IMG/VR virus record: IMGVR_UViG_3300003324_000863
Coordinates: 2,170 to 66,169 of that record
Origin: a virus
Taxonomy: Duplodnaviria > Caudoviricetes
DNA: 64,000 nucleotides
Reading direction: 5' to 3' (one strand)
Part shown: positions 26,841-36,158 of the stretch, in pieces
How the letters are laid out: each line of letters starts with the position of its first letter
How positions within the stretch are numbered: the stretch's first letter is position 1
Position numbers and translations under genes: made by a program
Notes under the pieces: generated by a model
The model's database searches: none
The model's input: the letters and a program-made list of their open reading frames with translations, nothing else
Told to the model about the DNA's origin: nothing

Positions 26841-28295
26841 ATGGCCACCGACCTCACCCGACTCTACGTGCCCATCACCGTCAAGATGGACCCCGGCAAC
26901 CCGGGCGTCCGCGTCGTCTCCGGCCTCGCCACGGACCCAACGCTCGATTCCGACCGGCAGATCTGTGACCCGGGATGGCTCGAGAAGGCGATGCCGGCCT
27001 ACGAACGGTGGGGCAATATCCGCGAGATGCATCAGCCCATCGCCGCCGGGGTGGCCACCTCCATCATCAAAGAGGGCGATGCCTACTACGTCACCTCCAA
27101 GATCATTGACCAGGGCACCTGCGCCAAGCTCGACGCGGGGGTCCTCAAGGGTTACTCGATCGGTATCGCCCACCCCCAGGTGATCCGGGACACCAAGGCG
27201 ATCGGGGGCCGCATCGTCGGGGGCGAGATCATCGAGATCTCCCTCGTCGACCGCCCGGCCAACCCCTCCGCCCTCATCGACTCCGTTGAATTTGCCGAGA
27301 AGATGGACAAGGTCTTCCTCCTTCCTCCGGAAGACGAGCGTCTCACGGCCGTCAAGACCCACCTCGCGTCCCTCGTCAAGGGCGACCTCGACCCCGCTAA
27401 CGCCGACGTCATGAACGTGCTCCAGCTCAATGAACTGGACGATGCCCAGCTCGCCCTCCTGGCAGCCGATCTTATCCGCCGCCTGATGATTCGCGAGCTG
27501 CACGAGGGCGCCGAGCCGGGCGAGGGTCTCTCCTACTCCATGGGCACCCTGTCCTACTGCTACGACTGCCTCCTGGCCTACTCCCGTGAGGAAGCCGAGG
27601 AAGCCTGGAGCTACCTTGCCGCCCAGCTCATCGGCCGCATGGAGACCGGTCACACCGTAAGCCAAGCCACTGAGGTTGTTATGGATAACGCAGAACAGAA
27701 CCAGCCCGAGGGGAAGGCCCTCCTGGCTGAGCTCCAGAAGGCGCTCTCTCGTGCCGACACCGCGACCCTCCGTGAGGCTCACGACATGCTGGCTGAGGTC
27801 ACCAAGAGCGCCGACATGTGCAACGACTTCGCCACCAAGTTCTCTTCCGCTGTCGCGGAAGCGGCGAACAAGGACGCGGAGTCCGAGGACCCCAAGGTTG
27901 AAGAGCCTGAGGCGGTGAAGTCCGAGGGTGAAGAGGCTCCCGAGCTTGTTGCCGGCGAGCCCGTCCCGACGGTTGAAGAGATCGTTAAGCGGCTTATCGA
28001 AGCCCGAGAAGCGGAATGGACCTCCCAGCTGGAAGCGGCGACGACCAAGGTTGCCGAGCTGGAAGCCAAGCTGACCGAGCTCGGGAACCAGCCGGACGAT
28101 ACGAACTCCCCGCTCCTCCAGTCCCCACCGATCGTGAAGAGCTACCTCGAGAAGCAGCTCGATGGGCTGAAGGAGCGCCAGAAGTCCCTCGACTACACCG
28201 CCAGCAACCACCCGGACGGGACCATGCGCGCCCGCGCCTTGGGGGACCTCCGCAAGGTGAACGCGCAGATCAAGGAGATTGAAGGCAATGTTTAG
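26841..28295 (+). CDS. prohead protease-scaffold fusion
   Basis: NIREMHQ, LKGYSIG and EISLVDRPANP (HK97-type protease), then an acidic coiled coil. Confidence 0.88.
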   Translation: MATDLTRLYVPITVKMDPGNPGVRVVSGLATDPTLDSDRQICDPGWLEKAMPAYERWGNIREMHQPIAAGVATSIIKEGDAYYVTSKIIDQGTCAKLDAGVLKGYSIGIAHPQVIRDTKAIGGRIVGGEIIEISLVDRPANPSALIDSVEFAEKMDKVFLLPPEDERLTAVKTHLASLVKGDLDPANADVMNVLQLNELDDAQLALLAADLIRRLMIRELHEGAEPGEGLSYSMGTLSYCYDCLLAYSREEAEEAWSYLAAQLIGRMETGHTVSQATEVVMDNAEQNQPEGKALLAELQKALSRADTATLREAHDMLAEVTKSADMCNDFATKFSSAVAEAANKDAESEDPKVEEPEAVKSEGEEAPELVAGEPVPTVEEIVKRLIEAREAEWTSQLEAATTKVAELEAKLTELGNQPDDTNSPLLQSPPIVKSYLEKQLDGLKERQKSLDYTASNHPDGTMRARALGDLRKVNAQIKEIEGNV

Positions 28296-29964
28296 TTACG
28301 ACTCCACCCTCGGGCCCGATGCGGTCAAGGGGATGGGCCAGGCGTACGGCGCGGAGGTGAGCGTCGATGCCATGCTGGAGGCCTGCGAGCGCGCGAACAG
28401 CGTGTTCAAGGCCTCCATGGACAATGTGAAGAAGTGGACTAACCCGGCCCACGAAGCGTTCGGCCAGGGTGACTGGGACAAGGTCAGCCCCCAGATGGTC
28501 CCCCAGCTCGCGGCCATGTCCAACATGATGGGCAAGGCGATCAACACCGAGCAGCTGATGCAGCGCCTCCAGTCCATGCAGCAGGACATGGCGAACGGTC
28601 TGCAGAAGGACTTCACGCTCACCTCGCCCCTCTCGACCGGCCTCGTGCCCTTCGACCTGGTCGCCCCGGCCAAGCTGATCTACCCGGTCTACTCGCCCAT
28701 CCGCAACAAGATCCCCCGCACCCCCGGTATGGGCACCTCCCGGAAGGGCAAGCGGATCACGGGCATCGACGGGTCCAACGGCGTGTTCTCGAACATGTTC
28801 CTGGCGGATCTCCCCGGCGGGAACTTCGGCACGTTCAACTACCCGACGGCCATGTCCAACATCACGGCCGACGACAAGGACTTCCCCTACGCCTACTACG
28901 GCCTCGGGAACAACGCCTCCCTCCTCTCGATCCTGGCCGGCCGCGGCTACCAGGACATCGAGAGCCTCACCACGCAGGTCCTCTTGCAGTCGATGTTCCT
29001 CCAGGAGGAGGGCCAGATGCTCTTCTCCCGCCGGACCGCCGCTCTGGCCGTCCCGGGAACCCCGACCGTCACCGACCACGTCCCCTCGGCCACTGGCACG
29101 GCGTTCAACTCGGGCGGTGCCAAGTACGTCTTCGTGAAGATCACGGCGCTCTCCGGCATCGGTGAGACCACGGCGTCGGCCACGGCGGGCACGGTCCAGA
29201 TCACGGCGGGCAACAACCTCCTCGTCTCGTGGACCGAGGTCCCGGGTGCGGTGGCCTACCGGGTCTATGTCTCGGACAACACGGCGAACTCCGATCCGGG
29301 CGACGGCTCTCGCTTCCTCTACGCCACGGTGGGCCAGGTCACGAACGTCGAGATCGGCTCCCGCGTGACCTCCGGTACGACGGCTCCGGTCTCCAATACG
29401 ACCCAGCAGACCAACGGCTACGACGGCATCTTCGCCAACGTGGCCGCGGGCGGTGACTACACCCAGCTGAAGGCCGGCTTCACCACGGGCGCCCCGGAGA
29501 TCCAGAAGGCGTTCGAGCGGGTCTACAACAGCATCAAGGCCGACCCCGACGAGATCTGGCTCTCCGGCTCCGACCGCCTGCGCCTGTCCATGAAGCTGGT
29601 CGAGGACCAGTCCAACACCTCCGCCTACCGCCTCTCGATCATGTCGAACGAGCGCGGCTCTATGACGGGCGGGGTGGTGGTCACGGCCCTCTACAACTCG
29701 GTGACGGGCAAGGAAGTCCCCCTGACGGTCCACCCCTGGATCCCCCAGGGCAACGTGCTGGGCCTCAGCTACCAGTTCCCGTTCCCGGTCAACGACACCC
29801 CGAACATCTGGGAGATGGTGATGGTTCAGGACTACCTGGGCCTGGCCTTCCCGCAGATCGACCTGGCCCGCCGGTTCGCCATCATCGCCTACGGCGGCAT
29901 GGCGTGCTGGTCCCAGGCCTTCAACTTCTGGATCGGCGGCGTCGAGAAGAGCGCGCTGCCCTAG
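28288..29964 (+). CDS. major capsid protein with inserted FN3/Ig-like domain
   Basis: Follows the protease; GLVPFDLVAPAKLIYP..PIRNKIPR and VHPWIPQG; strong codon bias; terminator downstream. Confidence 0.85.
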   Translation: MFSYDSTLGPDAVKGMGQAYGAEVSVDAMLEACERANSVFKASMDNVKKWTNPAHEAFGQGDWDKVSPQMVPQLAAMSNMMGKAINTEQLMQRLQSMQQDMANGLQKDFTLTSPLSTGLVPFDLVAPAKLIYPVYSPIRNKIPRTPGMGTSRKGKRITGIDGSNGVFSNMFLADLPGGNFGTFNYPTAMSNITADDKDFPYAYYGLGNNASLLSILAGRGYQDIESLTTQVLLQSMFLQEEGQMLFSRRTAALAVPGTPTVTDHVPSATGTAFNSGGAKYVFVKITALSGIGETTASATAGTVQITAGNNLLVSWTEVPGAVAYRVYVSDNTANSDPGDGSRFLYATVGQVTNVEIGSRVTSGTTAPVSNTTQQTNGYDGIFANVAAGGDYTQLKAGFTTGAPEIQKAFERVYNSIKADPDEIWLSGSDRLRLSMKLVEDQSNTSAYRLSIMSNERGSMTGGVVVTALYNSVTGKEVPLTVHPWIPQGNVLGLSYQFPFPVNDTPNIWEMVMVQDYLGLAFPQIDLARRFAIIAYGGMACWSQAFNFWIGGVEKSALP

Positions 29965-29980
29965 TAGCTGACCCTGTCTG

Positions 29981-30017
29981 AGGGGGCTGGGGCTTCACGG
30001 CCCTGGCCCCTTCTTTC
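29981..30017 (+). terminator. intrinsic terminator
   Basis: GGGGCTGGGGC..GCCCTGGCCCC followed by TTCTTT. Confidence 0.7.
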
Positions 30018-30032
30018 GTCTAGGAGGACCAC

Positions 30033-32048
30033 CTGACGAGCTTCCGTGACCCCTCCACCCACTCCGTCCTCGCCGGCTCCCTCGACCTCACCGCCCTCGC
30101 CTCCCGCATCCGCACGACCAACCTCTCCCCCGGCGGGCACGGCGATGCCACGATCGAGTTCGAGGATGTGGCCCCCCTCTCGGTCCCATCCCCCGGTGAC
30201 CTCCTCGTCATCTCCGACGAGCTGGGCCCCTACTGGACGGGCCGCGTCGAAGAGCCCACGGTTGCCTTCCGACCCGGTGGGGGGAAGGTCAGCATCCTGG
30301 CCCGGGGCATGGCGTCCTCAGCCGGGGACCAGATCGTCAACACGACCATTGCCTGGAACCCCTCGACGGGCCTCCCCTACCCCTACTTCCCCGCGGGCAT
30401 GGCCTGTCGCGATGCCTTCATTGCCGTTATCCTGAACATCTGTCCCAACATCAGCTTCTCCGCGCCGGACTTCCACGTCGGCGCTACCCTAGCCGGGGAC
30501 TCGCAGCCGCTCTGGGGCCGCACGGGCCTCGAGTGCTTCAACGAGATCGCCACCCTGGGCTCATCGTATGGCCCGGCGGCCACCGGCGGCGAACAGGTCT
30601 ACTGGCACGTCTACTGCGACGGCGCCCTCCGGCCCGGCAGCAGCACCACGTCGCTCCTCGAAGCCGTCTACTACGGCCAGGTCCCGGCCTACGAGATCGC
30701 CATGGCCGAGTGCGACGAGACCGAGATCAGCTGGCCGATGAAGTACGTGGCCAACCGGGTCCATGTCCAGTGGAAGGACGCCTCGGGGAGCGGGGGTATT
30801 GCGACGGCTACCGACCCCGTCTCCTTCTCCCAGCTCCGCATCTGGAAGGACCACTTCATCGACGGCTCCTCCCATGTGACGACCCACTACGAAGCCTGGC
30901 TCATCGCCAACACCGTGCTGGCCCGCGTGAAGAACATTCGGGCGGTGGGCCACCAGATTCGGATCAAGTCGCCGGCCATGGTCACGGGCCTCGATGGCAA
31001 CCCCTGTCCCCTGTGGCGGGTCCTGGCCGGGCGCATGATCCGCATCACCGGTCTCTCGGCCACCAATCCCACCTGCGACGCGGCCGGCAATACCTTCTTC
31101 ATCCGTGAGACGGAGTGGGACGAGTACGAGCGCACCCTCACCCTCATCACCGAGGAAGTGGAGACCATCGCGTCGGTCGTCGGCCGCACGCTCCCCGCCC
31201 AGCTCGGGGCCCTCAACACCAGTAACCCCAGTGCTGCCCGTCCCGCGCTTCCCCGCAACGATCCTCCTGCTGCTGCCGGCAGTCCGAACTCTTCAACCGG
31301 GGGTGCTTTCCCCGCCTCGGTCAAGCCCGGCCATCTGAACGAGGTCGATCGCGGCGCGGCTGAGCGGGACATTGTGAACCCCCAGATCATCGCCAACGGC
31401 TTCGGCTCGCCGATTCCGACCGACAAGATCCTGGGCTGGCTCGCCATCTCCTTTGCCGGGTACCTGACCAAGGTCACCATGGACGCGACCAAGGCTGCCG
31501 ATCCGGCCCTCGTTGCCGCGGCCTCGGCCACCGTGGAGGTCTGGCGGGCGGACTGGAACGACGGCATCCTGGACTATGACGGACGCACGGTCCTCCATAC
31601 CCTGGACACCACGACCGGCTTCGACGAGTGGTCCCCGACCGATCCCGTCGAGCTCTACCGCAACTCCCGCCTCGGCTTCACGTACACGGCCGGGGACGCG
31701 GAGATCCTGGTCATCCCCTCGGTCTATACCCGGGATGCATCCCTGGTCGACCCGGGCGCCACGCCTGTCACCCCGACCATCTCCAACGTCGCCCTCACCC
31801 CCGAATCAGCGGCGAGCGGTGGCGTGGGCTTCCTGGCCATCTGGGATACCGACGTCCTCTCGCGGGGCCAGATCAGCTGGGGTGTCTCCGACGTTCGGGA
31901 GAACTGGAAGGTCCAGCACACGGGCCTGATGAAGCACCACGAGGTCCACATCCCGGCCGTCGCCCCGGGCCAGGAGTTCCTGTTCGAGATCACCGCGACC
32001 TCCCAGGACGGGACCGACGGGACGAAGGCCGGGACCTTCCACAGCTAG
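30033..32048 (+). CDS. tail hub/baseplate-like protein with C-terminal FN3-like domain; probable CTG start
   Basis: WTGRVEE and ANRVHVQW hub-like segments; AGGAGG followed by an in-frame CTG at 30033. Confidence 0.7.
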   Translation: MTSFRDPSTHSVLAGSLDLTALASRIRTTNLSPGGHGDATIEFEDVAPLSVPSPGDLLVISDELGPYWTGRVEEPTVAFRPGGGKVSILARGMASSAGDQIVNTTIAWNPSTGLPYPYFPAGMACRDAFIAVILNICPNISFSAPDFHVGATLAGDSQPLWGRTGLECFNEIATLGSSYGPAATGGEQVYWHVYCDGALRPGSSTTSLLEAVYYGQVPAYEIAMAECDETEISWPMKYVANRVHVQWKDASGSGGIATATDPVSFSQLRIWKDHFIDGSSHVTTHYEAWLIANTVLARVKNIRAVGHQIRIKSPAMVTGLDGNPCPLWRVLAGRMIRITGLSATNPTCDAAGNTFFIRETEWDEYERTLTLITEEVETIASVVGRTLPAQLGALNTSNPSAARPALPRNDPPAAAGSPNSSTGGAFPASVKPGHLNEVDRGAAERDIVNPQIIANGFGSPIPTDKILGWLAISFAGYLTKVTMDATKAADPALVAAASATVEVWRADWNDGILDYDGRTVLHTLDTTTGFDEWSPTDPVELYRNSRLGFTYTAGDAEILVIPSVYTRDASLVDPGATPVTPTISNVALTPESAASGGVGFLAIWDTDVLSRGQISWGVSDVRENWKVQHTGLMKHHEVHIPAVAPGQEFLFEITATSQDGTDGTKAGTFHS

Positions 32049-32278
32049 AAGCAGTCGAGGAGCTTCTCGGCCGCCGCCCGGTACGCCAGGTCCACTGTCT
32101 CCTCGACCGAGAGGTCCAGGGCCCGGACCAGGTCCACCGTTGTGTGAATCGTGGGCCGCCGTCTCCCCGCTTCCAGCTCCCGGACCAGGGACTCGGAGAC
32201 CGACGCGGCAACGGCGAGGTCCGCCTGCCCCCACTTCCTGGCCTTCCGTAGCTCCCTCATCTTGCGGCCAAAGCGCAC
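32045..32278 (-). CDS. XRE-family HTH regulator
   Basis: RELRKARKWGQADLA..VSESLVRELEAGRRRP; GGAGGTG RBS. Confidence 0.85.
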   Translation of the reverse strand: MRFGRKMRELRKARKWGQADLAVAASVSESLVRELEAGRRRPTIHTTVDLVRALDLSVEETVDLAYRAAAEKLLDCF

Positions 32279-33015
32279 TCGATCACCTCCTGGCAGAGAT
32301 CGCTGGCCCGCTTGTAGTCCGGTTCCCCGGGGAGCGGTGAGCAGATGTACGCTTCCTTCAGGGCATCGAGGAGTCGTTCCGCTTCCGCGAACGCCCGCTC
32401 CTCGTCCCATTTCCCAGCCCGGATATCTCTCAACTCCTCCGCGTCTGCATGTCGGAAGACCTGGAGTTCCCCGTCGGTGAGGAACTCGACCCCCATCCGC
32501 AGGACTCGGATCGCGTGCATCATGTCCTTCCATGGGAACGGGGGCCAGGTGTCGTATCCACCACACGGAGGACACGGGGCCTCTGCGCAACACCGATCGC
32601 AGCGCTGGAATGGCCGGTTCTTCATCCGCCGCAGGTGCCCGGTGGCCATGTCCTTGAACGCGCCGTAGACGTGCCGGCCCACGAAGACGTCCCGGTTCTT
32701 CCGGAGGAGATCCCCGGCATCCGTAGTCCGCACCGCGTACATCGGGACCCAGAGTACCTCGAGCACCGATGGGTTCCCTTTAAGCGCTAAACTGAAGAAC
32801 TTCCGGCACTCATACACGACGATGTCGAACTCGCCCTCCTTGATCTCCTTTGTCCCTTCAGCTCCGTACCGCTCCAGCCCCGCGTAGTGCGAGAGGGGCG
32901 GCACGCAGATGGACAGAACGTCGAAGTCACTCGTCTCCGTCGCCAGGTTGTACGCCCGGCTCCCGCGTGGGCAGGAATAGATAGACCACTCTCCGAACCC
33001 CGGATCGTCGATCAT
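32257..33015 (-). CDS. Pol-beta-superfamily nucleotidyltransferase (RlaP/YcgL-like)
   Basis: GSRAYNLATETSDFD, LKGNPSVLEVLW and KDMMHAIR..L..IRAGKW. Confidence 0.85.
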   Translation of the reverse strand: MIDDPGFGEWSIYSCPRGSRAYNLATETSDFDVLSICVPPLSHYAGLERYGAEGTKEIKEGEFDIVVYECRKFFSLALKGNPSVLEVLWVPMYAVRTTDAGDLLRKNRDVFVGRHVYGAFKDMATGHLRRMKNRPFQRCDRCCAEAPCPPCGGYDTWPPFPWKDMMHAIRVLRMGVEFLTDGELQVFRHADAEELRDIRAGKWDEERAFAEAERLLDALKEAYICSPLPGEPDYKRASDLCQEVIECALAAR

Positions 33016-33203
33016 CGTCCCCTCCTTCTCGACGCATGCCCGGTGTGGTACGCCGAGCAGAAGGCGCACTTGTACACCGACATCACGTCGTTCTTCCCCC
33101 GGTCCCGATTGAGCGCACGGGCGTGCAGGTATGCTGAGGTTGCGCTCGGGTGCTTGAACTTCCCTTCGCAGGACTTGCGTCGGACATGCCGCTTGGATGC
33201 CAC
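33012..33203 (-). CDS. small basic Zn-finger protein
   Basis: C..K..YKCAFCSAYHTGH; AGGAGG RBS. Confidence 0.7.
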   Translation of the reverse strand: MASKRHVRRKSCEGKFKHPSATSAYLHARALNRDRGKNDVMSVYKCAFCSAYHTGHASRRRGR

Positions 33204-33224
33204 ATCTCCCCTCCTATCCCTTCT

Positions 33225-33328
33225 ACCCCTTCAGACACGAGGACGGCCCCGTCACACGGTGTTAAGCCGCATGCCGGGGCCGTTGCCCTGGGGAAGGGGG
33301 AACCCAAGGCGTGGTCGGAGGACACTTA
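33225..33328 (-). ncRNA. candidate structured leader RNA
   Basis: Follows TGTTATAAT; stems CCTTGGG/CCCAGGG and ACGGCCCCG/CGGGGCCGT, closed by GACCACG/CGTGTC. Confidence 0.45.
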
Positions 33329-33377
33329 CATTATAACAGTCTGTTTCGCATCGTTGCACTCGGCGCGCGAAGCGCCG

Positions 33378-33743
33378 TTAGAAGGTGAACACCATGAACT
33401 CGATGTCCGTAGTCTCGGGCGTGATCGTGATCTTGCCGGTCTCCGTATCCACCCACCCATCGGTCGAGGAGAAGTAGAAGCCGGCCGTCTCCCCCGCACC
33501 GATCGAGTAGTCCGTGATGTCGCCCGTGCGGTTATACGGCGTGTCCACCACACTCGAGATCGTGACGGTATGGGCGCCCGCGTCCGTGTTCCGCATCAGG
33601 ACCAGGTACCGGGTTGCCCCAGAGACCGCGATGGTATTCCCCGACGCATCGCCCGTCGTCCAGGCGAGATCGAGCGAGTTGGCTGCGACAGGCAGGGCAG
33701 GATACGGACCGATCTTCGTGACCGGAGTCAGCGCAGTGGCCAT
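33378..33743 (-). CDS. putative virion protein
   Basis: Beta-rich ORF in the tail operon. Confidence 0.65.
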   Translation of the reverse strand: MATALTPVTKIGPYPALPVAANSLDLAWTTGDASGNTIAVSGATRYLVLMRNTDAGAHTVTISSVVDTPYNRTGDITDYSIGAGETAGFYFSSTDGWVDTETGKITITPETTDIEFMVFTF

Positions 33744-33997
33744 GCAGGCTTCTCCTCAACAACAGGTACAGGTTCGGTATCCTCGGTCACCTTCTTCGCC
33801 CAGCCCTTCGTCGAGGGAGGCGCCACCGCTTCCGGCTCGGGCTCCTCATGTTCCCCGGCGACCTCCCAGTCCTCGCGGTCCCGGACCTCGTCCTCGGGCA
33901 TGATGCAGTCCTCGCCCTCCGCGACGATCCCGCCCCACGGCAGGACAACCGGGCCGTAGCCCTTCTTCCTTCGCGCCCACGTCAGTCCAGATTCCAT
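33728..33997 (-). CDS. hypothetical protein
   Basis: Coupled ORF in the tail operon. Confidence 0.55.
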   Translation of the reverse strand: MESGLTWARRKKGYGPVVLPWGGIVAEGEDCIMPEDEVRDREDWEVAGEHEEPEPEAVAPPSTKGWAKKVTEDTEPVPVVEEKPAWPLR

Positions 33998-34455
33998 TAC
34001 TCTGTCACCTCGTACGCTGCGTCCGGCATGATCACCGGCATCACCACGTACCTGACCATGAGGGTCGACCGGCCCACGCTTGCATCCGTTCCCACGGTCA
34101 CCACCGTTGCCGTCACCACCCCGCCGTTCGGGTAGTAGCCCGGGGACGCACTCGTGGGATCCATCGTCCCGATGCCCTGTGCTATGCCGATGCTCTCCCC
34201 CTTGGCTGGGACGGTCTTCACATCCACCCCGTCCATGAACAGACTGGCATCAGACTCGTCGCCGCAGTCCAGGGTGGCTGAGGTCCCCGCGCCCCACAAC
34301 TCGCGGTTCGCCCACCGGACATCCAGGAGCTGGCTATTCGGAGGGAGCGGCACGCTCGCGGTATACGTCCCGGCCGCGCCCTGCTCGGTGAAGTTGCAGA
34401 CGGCGGTGATGACCTCCGCCGCCCACTCGCTCGCCAGTGCTTGTACGTTCGTCAT
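33997..34455 (-). CDS. putative virion protein
   Basis: Beta-rich; AAGGAG RBS. Confidence 0.65.
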   Translation of the reverse strand: MTNVQALASEWAAEVITAVCNFTEQGAAGTYTASVPLPPNSQLLDVRWANRELWGAGTSATLDCGDESDASLFMDGVDVKTVPAKGESIGIAQGIGTMDPTSASPGYYPNGGVVTATVVTVGTDASVGRSTLMVRYVVMPVIMPDAAYEVTE

Positions 34456-34464
34456 GCCCGCTCC

Positions 34465-34680
34465 TTAGCTTGCCGCCAGGATACCCGCGGTCTCCAGCGC
34501 ATCCAAGATCGCCGCGATCGCTGTTCGTGCTTGGCTATCCGTGGTGGCCCCGCCGGTCGGGTCCGCGATATGGGCCGCCTGGGTCATGAAGACGTCGACC
34601 GTCGGGTCCTCGAAGATGTCGATCGTGGCTTCCGCGTCCAGCGTCCGCTTGTTTAGGGGCTTATTCTGGGAAACGCTCAT
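34465..34680 (-). CDS. putative head-fibre-like small protein
   Basis: QAAHIADPTGG..ARTAIAAILDALETAGIL. Confidence 0.65.
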   Translation of the reverse strand: MSVSQNKPLNKRTLDAEATIDIFEDPTVDVFMTQAAHIADPTGGATTDSQARTAIAAILDALETAGILAAS

Positions 34681-34756
34681 ATCTCGTCCTGCTCCTTACA
34701 CGTAGGCTAGGCTACATCATCCGTCGTGAACATTGGCGATATGTTCGCTGACCCTA

Positions 34757-35749
34757 TCACACGTAAGCAGACGCGGTTGCGTTCTGGCTCTCGATCTCGC
34801 AGATATGGGTATTCGTTCCCTTGAGTGCCTGGCCCTTGGCCTGGATCATGAACGCCTTGGCATTCGCGTCGTAGGTCGGCTTCGCATCGCTCATGACGAT
34901 GTTGTAGAGCTTGATCTGCGTGTAGTGATCCGGGCTCCCGCCGAGGTCGAACTTCAGCTGCAGGCTCGTGAGGATACTCGGCGCGGCGACCGGAGCCGTG
35001 GCGCCCGAGCTGCCGAAGAACACTTTCCGATAGAGCGCGTTGTCCGGCACGAACACCGTGAAGTCCAGCGTGAACTCTCGGGCGGTGGGGAAGATCACGG
35101 CCGGGCTGATCCCACAGAACGTGTAGATCTGCTCGCCCGTATTCTTCATGTCGATCGAGACCTGGGTCACATCGCACGGCGCCACGTCCACGCCGACGAG
35201 GGTCAGCGTGCCATCCGCGTAGATCGCCGGGCGGTCCGTCTCGAAGGTCACCGTCGCGCCCGATCCCTGGGCCACCGCACCCGTCCCCTTGGCCACCACA
35301 TCCAGCGTGGTCAGGTTCCCGGCCACGGCCTTCAGGGTGAGCTGGTCGACGAGACAGTCCTTGATCCGGTCGACCTCCAGGCCGTTCCCCATCGAGTGCT
35401 CGAAGGAGACGATGGGCAGGGAGGTCAGGGCGCCGGACAGCTCGTTGAAGCTATGCTTGTAGGGATCGGCGCCACCTGTGACCGTGTCCGCGCCGCCGAG
35501 GAAGTAGTTCAGCAGTGCGGTCGAGGCGTCCGGGTAGAGCCAGGTGGTGTAGGCGATGTCGTGCCAGGTCGCCAGCTTGAGGCCAATCGTGGCATCCCTC
35601 GAGCTGCCGTCGTGGTAGTAGCCCATCCGCATGGCCTCAGACGCCTCGCGGACAGCACTCCACCTCGAGAACCGGGTCGGGGCAACGGCGGTCCCGGCAA
35701 CGGACTGCTTCCCGAAGCCGATATACGCCAGGGCTGGCTGGTGGGCCAT
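34757..35749 (-). CDS. major tail (tube) protein
   Basis: YIGFGKQSVAGTAVAPT, PYKHSF and IKDCLVDQLTL; position downstream of the neck genes. Confidence 0.8.
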   Translation of the reverse strand: MAHQPALAYIGFGKQSVAGTAVAPTRFSRWSAVREASEAMRMGYYHDGSSRDATIGLKLATWHDIAYTTWLYPDASTALLNYFLGGADTVTGGADPYKHSFNELSGALTSLPIVSFEHSMGNGLEVDRIKDCLVDQLTLKAVAGNLTTLDVVAKGTGAVAQGSGATVTFETDRPAIYADGTLTLVGVDVAPCDVTQVSIDMKNTGEQIYTFCGISPAVIFPTAREFTLDFTVFVPDNALYRKVFFGSSGATAPVAAPSILTSLQLKFDLGGSPDHYTQIKLYNIVMSDAKPTYDANAKAFMIQAKGQALKGTNTHICEIESQNATASAYV

Positions 35750-35761
35750 GTCTCACTCCAT

Positions 35762-35880
35762 AACGAAAGGCACCCGAACACGAGATCCAGGTGCCCTCCG
35801 CCCCGGGTGGGCTTAGCTATGGAGTCCCGTGCATACGAGTGCCTAGCGCGAACTCTCCTAAGCACGGGAGGACAGATTCA
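35762..35880 (-). promoter_or_regulatory. structured leader with terminator before the major tail gene
   Basis: TGGTAGAAT upstream; TCCCGTGC/GCACGGGA stem; GGCACC..GGTGCC-TTTCGTT terminator. Confidence 0.6.
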
Positions 35881-35915
35881 GTTATCCCTTAATTCTACCA
35901 TTCGCAAGCTCAGCT

Positions 35916-36158
35916 CTACGAGCAGCAGCCATTGGGGGCCGGGACCGTGTACCCTGCCATCAGGTGGCTCACGTCCTGGTCCAGGACCCAGTCCTCCCGG
36001 TCGATCGCTTCTTGCAGCGGGAGGTAGTAGACCCCGCCCTCGGGGATCGTCGCCCGGGCCTCGGGCATGTACGCCGCTCCCCAACCTGTCGCTCGCCGTA
36101 CCCGGACCCGACCGGGGAGCTTGCTGATCTGCTCAAGGAACGGGTTCACCTCAGACAT
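35916..36158 (-). CDS. hypothetical protein
   Basis: Coupled ORF. Confidence 0.55.
   Translation of the reverse strand: MSEVNPFLEQISKLPGRVRVRRATGWGAAYMPEARATIPEGGVYYLPLQEAIDREDWVLDQDVSHLMAGYTVPAPNGCCS

Noticed and set aside
33225-33328. HDV-like ribozyme or known riboswitch
   Set aside because: It contains UCCUCG and GGGCAAC words, but I could not build the nested double pseudoknot or any known aptamer consensus.
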